Shown here in pieces: positions 48,922 through 58,417 of a stretch of 64,000 nt of DNA. The notes beneath the pieces were generated by a model. It had not been told where the DNA came from and did not search any database. It worked only from the letters and a program-made list of their open reading frames with translations. How positions within the stretch are numbered: position 1 is the first letter of the stretch; each line of letters begins with the position of its first letter. Both the position numbers and the translations under genes were made by a program. The stretch spans positions 8,684 to 72,683 of the forward strand of contig JAWCQO010000001.1 of NCBI GenBank assembly GCA_038869735.1. The letters are read 5' to 3'. This stretch comes from Candidatus Anstonellales archaeon. GTDB taxonomy: Archaea; Micrarchaeota; Micrarchaeia; Anstonellales; CG1-02-47-40.

Positions 48922-50028
48922 GTGAACTCGAAAAATTTGAACGCTGCTCTTGTGCTTTCTGACGGCTCTTATTTTTTTGGAAGTGGATTTGGAGCAGAAG
49001 GTGAAAGTTGTGGCGAGCTTGTCTTTAATACTTCGATGATGGGTTATCAAGAGGCATTGAGCGACCCGTCGTATGCAGGCCAGATACTCCTTATGTGTTA
49101 TCCGCTTATAGGAAACTACGGTGTGAACGAGACGTATTTTGAAAGCAAAAAGATTCATGTAAGAGGTTTTTGTGTCTTTGAAGCGTCTGAAAGGTATGAG
49201 CATTACACCGCAAAAAAAAGCATCTCAGAATTCTTGGAAGAATTTGGAATTCCAGGAATTCAAGGGATAGATACGAGACATATTGTAAAGAAGATAAGAG
49301 ATGGAGGGGTGATGCCTGCTGCGCTTGGAGTCTATAGCGGAAAGCCGGATTTGGATAAACTTCTTTCTTTAGCAAGGAGTGTGGATTATTCAAAGACAGA
49401 TTTTGTAAAGGAAGTAACTACAAAGGAACCTTATGTGATTGAACCGTCTTCAAAATCGTTTGATAGACGGCCTCCAACTGTTGTTTTAATAGATTGCGGA
49501 GTAAAGGCGGGAATTATAAGGCAGCTTAAAGAACGAGATGTGCGTGTGGTAGTTGTACCCGCGTTTTCAAGCGAAAGAGAAATCCGGAGTTTTGAACCAG
49601 ATGGCATAGTGGTGTCAAATGGACCGGGCGATCCTGCGCTTTTAAAGGACATAACGAAGGTTATGCGCAAACTCTTTGATTTGCCGATATTTGGGATATG
49701 TCTTGGACATCAGCTTTTGGGACAAGCTGCTGGAGCACGAACATATAAATTAAAATTCGGGCACCGGGGTGCAAATCATCCAGTACTAGACAAGAAAACT
49801 AAAAAAGTTGCAATCACAAGTCAAAATCACGGATATGCTGTAGACGCAAATGAAGTTAGTGATGAATTTGAAGAAACACACATAAATTTAAATGATGGGA
49901 CAAACGAAGGATTAATGCACAAATCACTTCCCATATTTTCTGTGCAGTATCATCCGGAAGCGTCCCCTGGACCGCAAGACTCTAAACATCTGTTTGATGT
50001 GTTTGTAAAATATTTAAAAGAGGAGTAG
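48922..50028 (+). CDS. carA: Carbamoyl-phosphate synthase small (glutaminase) subunit.
   Basis: Class-I amidotransferase triad GICLGHQLL; GTG start. Confidence 0.9.
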   Translation: MNSKNLNAALVLSDGSYFFGSGFGAEGESCGELVFNTSMMGYQEALSDPSYAGQILLMCYPLIGNYGVNETYFESKKIHVRGFCVFEASERYEHYTAKKSISEFLEEFGIPGIQGIDTRHIVKKIRDGGVMPAALGVYSGKPDLDKLLSLARSVDYSKTDFVKEVTTKEPYVIEPSSKSFDRRPPTVVLIDCGVKAGIIRQLKERDVRVVVVPAFSSEREIRSFEPDGIVVSNGPGDPALLKDITKVMRKLFDLPIFGICLGHQLLGQAAGARTYKLKFGHRGANHPVLDKKTKKVAITSQNHGYAVDANEVSDEFEETHINLNDGTNEGLMHKSLPIFSVQYHPEASPGPQDSKHLFDVFVKYLKEE

Positions 50029-50030
50029 AT

Positions 50031-50942
50031 ATGGACTTGTTGAGGACAGATGAGCTTGAACTGCACGATATTGAGGAAATCCTACAAATGGCCCAGAGGT
50101 TAAAAGCTGATTACAAAAATGGGAAGACGTCAAATATTCTTCAAAACCGGGTACTTGTAATGATATTTGAAAAGCCGTCAACAAGAACGCGAGTTTCGTT
50201 TGAAGCAGGAATGGCGCAGCTTGGCGGGCATGCTATATTTCTTGACTTTTTTGTTTCTCAGATATCAAGGGGAGAGACGATGTACGACACAGGTGCAGTG
50301 TTAGGGCAGTATTCTGATCTAATCATGGCTCGCCTCAACAAGCATGTTGACCTGGAAGAGCTTGCAAGGGGGTCACGAGTTCCTGTGATAAATGGATTGA
50401 CAGAGTTGGATCATCCTTGCCAGGCTTTGGCTGATTTGCTTACAATGAAGGAAAGAGGGAGAATGCATAGGAATGCAAAAGTTGTATTTGCAGGTGATTG
50501 CGGGTATAACATGGCAAATGCGCTTATGGTAGCATGTACAACTGTTGGCATGGATGTAACGCTGGCATGCCCTTCAGAATGCGAGATAAATGCTACTTAT
50601 CTTGCAAGTGCAAGAAGGCTGGGCAAAGTCGAGATTGTCCATGACATAATGCAAGCGGCAAAGGATGCTGATGTAGTTTATACAGATACGTGGGTTTCTA
50701 TGGGCCAGGAAAAGGAGAGAGAAAAAAGATTAAAGATGTTTATGCCGTTTCAGATAAACAGGAAGGTTATGGAAGTTGCTAAAAAGGATGCAATTTTTAT
50801 GCACTGCCTTCCCGCTCACAGGGGCGAAGAGGTAACTACTGAAGTAATAGACGGGCCTCAATCTGTTGTATACGAAGAAGCAGAAAATAGACTACACGTA
50901 CAGAAAGCGCTTATGCTCTATCTACTTGGAAAAAAGTATTGA
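50031..50942 (+). CDS. argF: Ornithine carbamoyltransferase.
   Basis: STRTR carbamoyl-phosphate motif, DTWVSMG and HCLP motifs; 303 aa. Confidence 0.85.
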   Translation: MDLLRTDELELHDIEEILQMAQRLKADYKNGKTSNILQNRVLVMIFEKPSTRTRVSFEAGMAQLGGHAIFLDFFVSQISRGETMYDTGAVLGQYSDLIMARLNKHVDLEELARGSRVPVINGLTELDHPCQALADLLTMKERGRMHRNAKVVFAGDCGYNMANALMVACTTVGMDVTLACPSECEINATYLASARRLGKVEIVHDIMQAAKDADVVYTDTWVSMGQEKEREKRLKMFMPFQINRKVMEVAKKDAIFMHCLPAHRGEEVTTEVIDGPQSVVYEEAENRLHVQKALMLYLLGKKY

Positions 50943-50975
50943 AACAAGAAAGGCACAAACAAGAGAGGAGATATC

Positions 50976-53900
50976 ATGCCAAAAGATGCATCCATAAAAA
51001 AAGTTTTAATTATAGGCTCTGGGCCTATAGTTATAGGACAGTCAGCTGAATTTGATTATTCTGGATCTCAGGCTTGTACTGCATTGAAAGAGGAAGGAGT
51101 TCGCACAGTACTCGTGAATTCAAATCCTGCCACTATCCAAACAGATAAAGAAATTGCTGATATCATTTATATTGAGCCGCTCAGATCGGAGTTTGTAGAA
51201 AAAATTATTAAAAAAGAAAGACCTGACGGAATTATCGCAACAATGGGTGGGCAGACTGCACTAAACCTTGCAAAAGAGCTTCATGACAAGAAAATCCTGG
51301 AAAAGTATGGAGTAAGGGTTCTTGGAACCGGCGTTTCCACAATTGAGCTTGCAGAGGATAGGGAGAAGTTCAAAGAAACTCTGTCCAAGATAAATCAACC
51401 GTATCTACGTAGCGCGGCCGTTTCGAATTTTGATGAAGCGGAACGGTTTCTTCATGAAATTTCATTTCCAGTTATTTTGAGACCAGCCTACACGCTTGGG
51501 GGGACGGGGGGTGGAAAGGCAAACAACATGAGCGAATTTGAACATCTTCTATCTCTTGGACTTAGGATAAGTCCTATAGGCCAAGTACTTGTTGAAGAAA
51601 GTGTCGCTGGCTGGGCTGAGCTAGAGTACGAAGTCCTGCGAGATGCCCAGGATAACTGCATATGCATATGCAACATGGAGAATGTTGATCCGATGGGCAT
51701 ACATACTGGCGAGAGCATAGTCGTAGCGCCTTCACAGACCCTCTCTGATGTTGAGCACCAAATGTTAAGGAAGGCCTCAATAGATATTGTAAGGGCGCTT
51801 GGAGTAGTTGGCGGATGTAATGTCCAATTTGCTCTGGACCAAAAAACAGGAAGGTATGTGGTTGTTGAAGTAAATCCACGCCTCTCAAGATCAAGTGCAC
51901 TTGCATCGAAAGCAACCGGCTACCCAATTGCAAGAATTGCGGCAAAGCTGGCTCTGGGATACTCGTTATACGAGCTAAGGAACATGGTTACTGGCACTAC
52001 GCCTGCTTCCTTTGAACCTGCGTTGGATTATGTGGTAACTAAAATCCCCCGATGGCCTTTTGACAAGATTCCGGAATGTTCTCGCACAATTGGCACACAA
52101 ATGAAAAGCACCGGCGAAGTGATGGCAATAGGGAGAAGTTTTGAGGAATCCCTACAGAAAGCTTTGCGGTCTCTTGAAATTAAAAAGCCAAAAATAAAAG
52201 AAAATGAGATAGAGGAACACCTCTCCAGACCGACTGATTTTCGTATTTTTGCAATTTTTGAGGCGTTTAGAAGAGGGTGGAGCATTGAACAGGTTTATCG
52301 GGTTACGGCCATAAACCGCTGGTTCTTGAACAAAATCAAGGGTATAATAGATATTGAAAAGGAGTTGGAGTCAGGTGGCCCTGAAAGGGAAATCCTTAAA
52401 AGGGCAAAAAAGATGGGCTTTTCTGATGCTCAAATTGGGGAGCTCTGCAGGATAGATGAGATGGAGGTTAGGAGAAAAAGAAAGGAATGGGGGATTATGC
52501 CGGTGTACAAGATGGTTGATACCTGCGCAGCCGAATTTGAGGCAAAAACCCCGTACTACTATTCAACTTATAGCGGCACCGAAGATGAAGTCCAGGAATC
52601 GGGTAACGAGAATTCTTTAAAACTGCGGAAAGGGAAGGTTTTGGTAGTGGGTTCTGGTCCTATAAGGATTGGGCAGGGGATAGAGTTTGATTATTGTTGC
52701 TGCCATGCGTCCTTTACGCTTAGGGAGTGTGGGTATGAATCCATTATGATAAACAACAATCCAGAAACAATAAGTACTGATTTTGACGCTTCAGATAGAC
52801 TTTATTTTGAACCGCTTACCTTTGAGGACGTGATGAATGTAATAGAGAGGGAGAAGCCTGATGGAGTCATAGTTCAATTTGGAGGGCAGACTTCAATAAA
52901 TCTTGCACAACCGCTTGCAACTGCAGGTGTGAAGATACTTGGGACGCAGGCAGAGGACATAGACACTGCTGAAGATAGAGAGAGGTTTAGAAAGTTTTTA
53001 GAGAGCCTTGGAATAAATCAACCAGAAAATGGGAGTGCAACCAGTGAAGAGGAAGCTCTTTCCGTTGCAAGAAGAGTAGGTTACCCTGTAATCGTGAGGC
53101 CAAGTTACGTGATTGCTGGAAGGGCAATGAAGATTGTTTATTCAGATGATGAACTAAGAAGATATATTGAAGAATCTGTTGAGGTTTCAAACAATCATCC
53201 AGTTTTGATAGATAAATATATAGAAAAAGCAGTCGAGTGTGAGATTGATGGAGTAAGCGATGGAGAAGAACTTTTTGTTGGTGGAATAATGGAGCATATA
53301 GAACGTGCAGGAGTTCATTCGGGTGATGCTAGTTGTGTTACTCCGCCCATTAAACTTATCCCTGAGGTACAGAAAAAAATTTTGGAATATTCTAAAAAGA
53401 TAGCGTTGGGGATGAAAAATATTGGTGCAATAAATATACAGTACGTAGTAAAAGATAATGTAGTTTATGTGCTTGAAGCAAATCCGAGAGCTTCGCGGAC
53501 AATTCCATATTTGAGCAAAGCAATAAACGTGCCGCTTGCTAAGATAGCTACTAAAGTTATTTTAGGAAAAAAACTCTCTGAGCTCTCACTTCCAAAAGGA
53601 GGTTCTGCAAAAATTTCTCATTATGCAGTAAAAAGCGTGGTTTTTCCCTTCTTAAAAATGCCGGGAGTTGATTTCGTACTTGGACCTGAAATGAGGAGTA
53701 CGGGCGAGGCGATGGGGATCGACTATGATTTTGGAGTAGCATATTACAAATCCCTTCTTGGGGCTAATTTGAACATTCCTATACGTGGGGCTGTGCTTAT
53801 AAGCTTAAAGAAAGAACACCAAGAGCATGCTTATGAGCTTGGAAAAAGATTTTCCGCCCTTGGTTTTGTAGTCTGTGCCACGGAAGGAACTGCAAAGCGC

Positions 53901-54188
53901 ATAGGAAACGCTGTCGTTTTGAATAAGGCAGGAGAAGGCGAACCAAACGTTATTTCTAGCATAAAAAATGGTATGATATCGTTAGTAATAAACACTCCCT
54001 CTAAGGGTAAGGATGCCCAAACCGATGGGTTTAAAATTAGGAGGGTAGCGATTGAGAGCAATATTGCATGCATAACAAACCTTGAAGCGGCCTTTGCACT
54101 TCTTGATGCGATGGAATCTGTAAAAAGAAATGGCGATGTCGGAGTACGTATGTTGGATGAGTTTAATGAAATGGAAAAAAGAGGATAG
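50976..54188 (+). CDS. carB: Carbamoyl-phosphate synthase large subunit.
   Basis: Duplicated ATP-grasp halves plus MGS-like C-terminus; 1070 aa. Confidence 0.95.
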   Translation: MPKDASIKKVLIIGSGPIVIGQSAEFDYSGSQACTALKEEGVRTVLVNSNPATIQTDKEIADIIYIEPLRSEFVEKIIKKERPDGIIATMGGQTALNLAKELHDKKILEKYGVRVLGTGVSTIELAEDREKFKETLSKINQPYLRSAAVSNFDEAERFLHEISFPVILRPAYTLGGTGGGKANNMSEFEHLLSLGLRISPIGQVLVEESVAGWAELEYEVLRDAQDNCICICNMENVDPMGIHTGESIVVAPSQTLSDVEHQMLRKASIDIVRALGVVGGCNVQFALDQKTGRYVVVEVNPRLSRSSALASKATGYPIARIAAKLALGYSLYELRNMVTGTTPASFEPALDYVVTKIPRWPFDKIPECSRTIGTQMKSTGEVMAIGRSFEESLQKALRSLEIKKPKIKENEIEEHLSRPTDFRIFAIFEAFRRGWSIEQVYRVTAINRWFLNKIKGIIDIEKELESGGPEREILKRAKKMGFSDAQIGELCRIDEMEVRRKRKEWGIMPVYKMVDTCAAEFEAKTPYYYSTYSGTEDEVQESGNENSLKLRKGKVLVVGSGPIRIGQGIEFDYCCCHASFTLRECGYESIMINNNPETISTDFDASDRLYFEPLTFEDVMNVIEREKPDGVIVQFGGQTSINLAQPLATAGVKILGTQAEDIDTAEDRERFRKFLESLGINQPENGSATSEEEALSVARRVGYPVIVRPSYVIAGRAMKIVYSDDELRRYIEESVEVSNNHPVLIDKYIEKAVECEIDGVSDGEELFVGGIMEHIERAGVHSGDASCVTPPIKLIPEVQKKILEYSKKIALGMKNIGAINIQYVVKDNVVYVLEANPRASRTIPYLSKAINVPLAKIATKVILGKKLSELSLPKGGSAKISHYAVKSVVFPFLKMPGVDFVLGPEMRSTGEAMGIDYDFGVAYYKSLLGANLNIPIRGAVLISLKKEHQEHAYELGKRFSALGFVVCATEGTAKRIGNAVVLNKAGEGEPNVISSIKNGMISLVINTPSKGKDAQTDGFKIRRVAIESNIACITNLEAAFALLDAMESVKRNGDVGVRMLDEFNEMEKRG

Positions 54189-54234
54189 GATAGATTGCGC
54201 ATTTATTGCGGGCGCTATATTTTCTCTCTGCTTT

Positions 54235-54720
54235 ATGACAATTCTTTTAATACTGTTCAGCGACTTGGTTCTTCCTCTTTTTGGAGCCACACATGCCACA
54301 CCTGTCTTTTCTCCAGGGGCTGAAAAAGACATAATAAGCCTTATCGATTCTGCAAGGGAAAGCATTGATATTGAAGTGTATTTATTCACAAATGAAAAGG
54401 CGTCATCAGCCTTAATTGAAGCAAAAAAGCGAGGGGTTCGTGTGCGCCTTATAGTTGAAAGGCGAACAGATGCTGATAAAGAATGGAAGTTGATAGAGAA
54501 AATGGCACAAGAAGGGATTGAGATTAAGATGGCAAGCCAGCGATTTACGCTTACTCATTCAAAATTTATGATTATTGATGGAAGAAGAGCATTGGTTGGC
54601 AGTATGAACTTCTCTGGATCCGCTTTTGCTACCAATCGCGAAGCAGGAGTAATTCTAAGTGGAAAGATAGTAGATGAATATAAAAAAATATTTGAAGAAG
54701 ATTGGCAAGAAGCTACGTAG
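54235..54720 (+). CDS. Phospholipase D (HKD) family nuclease-like protein with an N-terminal TM anchor.
   Basis: HKD motif HSKFMIIDGRRALVGSMNFSGSA. The track ORF starts at 54130 and overlaps the carB 3' end; the start at MTILLILF (54235) is more plausible. Confidence 0.65.
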   Translation: MTILLILFSDLVLPLFGATHATPVFSPGAEKDIISLIDSARESIDIEVYLFTNEKASSALIEAKKRGVRVRLIVERRTDADKEWKLIEKMAQEGIEIKMASQRFTLTHSKFMIIDGRRALVGSMNFSGSAFATNREAGVILSGKIVDEYKKIFEEDWQEAT

Positions 54721-54754
54721 TCCATATTAATATGGGACTCTAGAGGATTTTAGA

Positions 54755-55858
54755 ATGAAAAAGAAAGGGATAAGCATAACAGGAGCAGGACCGGCTGGTT
54801 TGTCTGCGGCAATAAACTTGGCAGACCAGTTTGAAGTAGAAGTTTTTGAAAAGGAAAAAGATGTTGGAATGAAATGGGAGGGGAGTCTTCAATTTCTTGA
54901 AAATTATACCAGCCAAAGAGATGTTTTCGATTGGCTTGAGGATGTTGGGATAGAGCCCAACTTTTACTCAAAGCCCTTCTTTGATATCGAAGTGATAGCG
55001 GGAAGAGATAAGGACGCCGTCCTATCTTCAAAAAAGCCTTTATGGTATGTTGTGCGTAGAGGAAATCAAAAGGGGATGCTGGATTATGCACTCAAAAAAC
55101 AGGCTGAAAGAAAAGGGGTAAAGATAAATTTTATGTCTAGGTGTAAGGAACCGCAGATTATTGCAACTGGACCATCATCTGTGGAAGGATTAGCAAGGGA
55201 GGCTATTTTTGAAACTCGGCTAGAGGATACGTTCTTAGTTTTTTTGGACAACGAAATTGCACCAGGTGGCTATGCCTATTTGGTTGTTGCTGATAGAGTA
55301 GGTACAGTCTGTACTGCAATAACCAAGAATTTTGAGAATATTGATGCCTACTTCAAAAAGACTATCGAACGAGCAAGGGAAAAAAAAGATTTGGATATGA
55401 GGAATGCGAGAATAAAGACTAACTTCGTTTCTTTTTATTTAACTAAATCAGCAAAGGTAGGTAGTAGAATATATGTGGGGGAAGCGGCGGGATTTCAGGA
55501 TTTTGTATTTGGTTTTGGGTTGAGATATGCGATTTGTTCTGGATATCTTGCAGCTAGAAGCATAACTGAGAAGATGGACTACGACTTGCTTTGGAAAAGA
55601 GAGTTTGGAGAGATGTTGGAGCTTGGCATACTAAATCGCTGGATTTATGAATGGGGAGGGAATCCTTATTTAAAATTTTTATTGGAAGAGGCAAAAAGGA
55701 GAGGTGATTTCCGTAAATTTTTGAAAGACTTAAATACTGCTTCTTTCTCAAAAAAGCTTTTAATTCCACTTGCAAAAATAGGTCTAGGAAAGGCTGAAAG
55801 GTGTAATCACATAGAAAACTGTGTTTGGTGTCCACGGAAAAAAAGATGGGTGGCTTGA
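54755..55858 (+). CDS. FAD-dependent geranylgeranyl reductase-like oxidoreductase.
   Basis: N-terminal GAGPAGLSAA dinucleotide-binding motif. The C-terminal Cys cluster is ENCVWCP. Confidence 0.7.
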   Translation: MKKKGISITGAGPAGLSAAINLADQFEVEVFEKEKDVGMKWEGSLQFLENYTSQRDVFDWLEDVGIEPNFYSKPFFDIEVIAGRDKDAVLSSKKPLWYVVRRGNQKGMLDYALKKQAERKGVKINFMSRCKEPQIIATGPSSVEGLAREAIFETRLEDTFLVFLDNEIAPGGYAYLVVADRVGTVCTAITKNFENIDAYFKKTIERAREKKDLDMRNARIKTNFVSFYLTKSAKVGSRIYVGEAAGFQDFVFGFGLRYAICSGYLAARSITEKMDYDLLWKREFGEMLELGILNRWIYEWGGNPYLKFLLEEAKRRGDFRKFLKDLNTASFSKKLLIPLAKIGLGKAERCNHIENCVWCPRKKRWVA

Positions 55859-56733
55859 TGGAAAGAGGAAAGTATAGGTTGGAGGAATGTTATGAATACT
55901 GCAAAAAGATAACGCGAGAACGGGGATCTAATTTTTATCTTGGCTTTTCGTTTCTTCCAAAGGAAAAGAGAAACGCTATATTTGCTTCATATGCATTTTG
56001 TAGATATGCGGACGACATAGTTGATGAATCTAGAAGTGTGGATCAAAAAAGTCTCCTTTTGAAGTGGAAGCGGGCATTGGAACTTTGCTATAGGGGAAAA
56101 GCAAACCATCCAATAACCATTGCTTTGCAGGATGCTGTAAAAAAATATGGGATACCCAAACAAGCATTTTTGGGGTTAATTGAGGGTTGTGAAATGGACT
56201 TGGCTATCAAGAGATACAACTCTTTTGAGGATCTTCTTAAATATTGCGAACGGGTTGCAGTTACGATGAGTACTATCTCGTTGCATATTTTTGGGATAAA
56301 AGATAAAAAAGCAGAGAAATATGGCAAGTATCTTAGCCTTGCACTTCAGCTTACAAATATACTTAGGGATGTTGGTGAGGACGCAAAAAGGGGGAGGATT
56401 TATATCCCAATCGAGGATTTAAGAAAGTACGGTTATTCAGAAGAGGAGCTTTTCAGCGAGGTATTAAACCCCCAATTTAGAAGACTTATGGAATTTCAAG
56501 TTAGAAGGGTAAAGGAATATTTCGAGAAAGCTGAAAAAGTTCTTTGTTGCATTGAAGAAGATTCCCGATTTGCAGCTCTGCTTATGGGTGCGGTTTATGC
56601 AAAAATCCTTGACAGCATTGAAAAAAGCGGCTATGATGTATTTTCAAAGACGTATGGCCTTAGTTTGATGGATAAAGCAATACTTATCCTAAAGATGATG
56701 ATTTACCCATCTTATACAAAAATTTGGAAATGA
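55825..56733 (+). CDS. Squalene/phytoene synthase family prenyl-diphosphate condensing enzyme.
   Basis: First Asp-rich motif YCRYADDIVDE and second motif region ..DVGED; 302 aa. Overlaps the preceding reductase by 34 nt. Confidence 0.75.
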   Translation: MVSTEKKMGGLMERGKYRLEECYEYCKKITRERGSNFYLGFSFLPKEKRNAIFASYAFCRYADDIVDESRSVDQKSLLLKWKRALELCYRGKANHPITIALQDAVKKYGIPKQAFLGLIEGCEMDLAIKRYNSFEDLLKYCERVAVTMSTISLHIFGIKDKKAEKYGKYLSLALQLTNILRDVGEDAKRGRIYIPIEDLRKYGYSEEELFSEVLNPQFRRLMEFQVRRVKEYFEKAEKVLCCIEEDSRFAALLMGAVYAKILDSIEKSGYDVFSKTYGLSLMDKAILILKMMIYPSYTKIWK

Positions 56734-56779
56734 GAATAAGGATTGGAATTAATATTTTGTTTATCTGGTAGGTTGATAG

Positions 56780-57346
56780 TCATATTTTTCCGACAAGGTC
56801 TAAGCTTGGTCTTATTGTTTTTTTGCCAGGCTCCCAGCTTGCCGGACATACTTCCCCTTTTGTTTCGCGTATGAATTTGCAGGCCAAGAGCTTCCTAAAA
56901 GTTTCCTTTGCACTTCTTCCTATAGCGTTTTCGTTCATTTCAAGGCATTTGAGGACGCCATCAGGGTCTATTATAAATGTTGCTCGAAAGGAGATGCCCT
57001 CTTTTTCGATATACGTTCCAAATTCCTTGCAAATTCGCCCTGATGGATCAGCAAGCATGGGAAACTTCACTTTTTTTATAGCGGGGGAGTTATCGTGCCA
57101 AGCTTTGTGTACAAAGACGGTGTCAGTACTTATACTTAGGATCTCTGCACCTTCTTTTTTGAAATTATCATAAAGAGTTGCTAACTCTTCAAGCTCTGTG
57201 GGGCATACAAATGTAAAGTCTGCAGGGTAGAAAAAAAGAATTACCCACTTTCCTCCATAATCTGAAAGTTTTATGGTTTTTTCCCCTCCATCAACGAAGG
57301 CCTTGGCCTCAAAATCAGGCACTTTCTCCCCTAGTCTTACAACCAT
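56780..57346 (-). CDS. Peroxiredoxin (AhpC/TSA family).
   Basis: Peroxidatic-Cys motif FTFVCPTE; 188 aa. Confidence 0.85.
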   Translation of the reverse strand: MVVRLGEKVPDFEAKAFVDGGEKTIKLSDYGGKWVILFFYPADFTFVCPTELEELATLYDNFKKEGAEILSISTDTVFVHKAWHDNSPAIKKVKFPMLADPSGRICKEFGTYIEKEGISFRATFIIDPDGVLKCLEMNENAIGRSAKETFRKLLACKFIRETKGEVCPASWEPGKKTIRPSLDLVGKI

Positions 57347-57429
57347 TTAAATTTCACCTTTCCTAAAAGATTTATTTGGAATTAATTTGAATCTAATATT
57401 TATAACTTTTATTCTCATAGTGAAGGCAT

Positions 57430-57963
57430 ATGGAAGAAAAAAAAGATGAAGAGTTGGAGGTGCAGGGAAGGAAAGGTATTGCTTCAAGAGGCATCCCGTC
57501 TCATGAAGCCATGTACCTCCCCCCTCATGATAGTCACCATTTGAGAATTTTTCAAGATTCAAATGAGAATATAACAAGAAATCTATGGAGTTTGGAGGAG
57601 GTACTAAATTTTGTTTTTCCAAAAAAGTACCAGCAGAAGTATTATGCGTGTGCAACATCGTTTATTTCTTGTCTGGTGTCAAAATGTGAGATGAGTGGCT
57701 CTGACGTAAATGAATTTGTCAGGACATCTGGTGTATCGAAGGCAACGTTTTACAATAGGGTTTTACCCAGGCTCCGAAGAGTCGGTATGATAAAGGTTGA
57801 GAGGAAGACTGTCAGTTCGAAGGAGTCATCAAGGAAGTATAGACCGATGATTATAAGGATATCTAAGACATTTGGAAACTATTTAATAAAAATTGGGGAT
57901 TCCTGGCTTGCCATCGTTGACGATGCAAGAAGTAGGAAGGATAAGTTGTACGAATCTCCCTAG
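57430..57963 (+). CDS. Hypothetical protein with a wHTH-like segment.
   Basis: SKATFYNRVLPRLRRVGMIKVERK resembles a winged-helix recognition region. Confidence 0.4.
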   Translation: MEEKKDEELEVQGRKGIASRGIPSHEAMYLPPHDSHHLRIFQDSNENITRNLWSLEEVLNFVFPKKYQQKYYACATSFISCLVSKCEMSGSDVNEFVRTSGVSKATFYNRVLPRLRRVGMIKVERKTVSSKESSRKYRPMIIRISKTFGNYLIKIGDSWLAIVDDARSRKDKLYESP

Positions 57964-58085
57964 AAGCACTGTAGACGCAATTTGTCAGGTTACAACTGCA
58001 ATTGACGAATATAGGCTACTCTTTTTTGGTAAATTTTTCTTTTAAGCTGATCTCTTCAATACAATTCATCAGCGAGGTGTTATTT

Positions 58086-58409
58086 ATGACTAGTATCGGA
58101 ACAATAAATCTGAAGAAAGGAATACTCAGAAGCCCAGAAATGCGTAGTGAAACTGGGGTCGAGAAAAAGAGGTCGTCATCGTTTTTGATAACAAAACCCC
58201 TCACAGAGGCAGCTATTCAAGCTATCAAAGCAACTCAATCAGATAGCAAAGACAAAAAAATCGAAAATGTTAGTGAGTATCACGATTGCAGAGACTGTGC
58301 GCCTTGGATCGGTGCGCCAGAGCCGCAAGTTAATGACGAAACAAAAAAAGAAAATGAACAACCAAAAAAATGGGATGCTGAGTGGTTTGGACTAAGCCCT
58401 ACATGTTAA
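58086..58409 (+). CDS. Hypothetical small acidic/lysine-rich protein.
   Basis: ORF only (internal Met MTSIGTINLKK of the 58002 track ORF). Confidence 0.3.
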   Translation: MTSIGTINLKKGILRSPEMRSETGVEKKRSSSFLITKPLTEAAIQAIKATQSDSKDKKIENVSEYHDCRDCAPWIGAPEPQVNDETKKENEQPKKWDAEWFGLSPTC

Positions 58410-58417
58410 TTGTGCCT

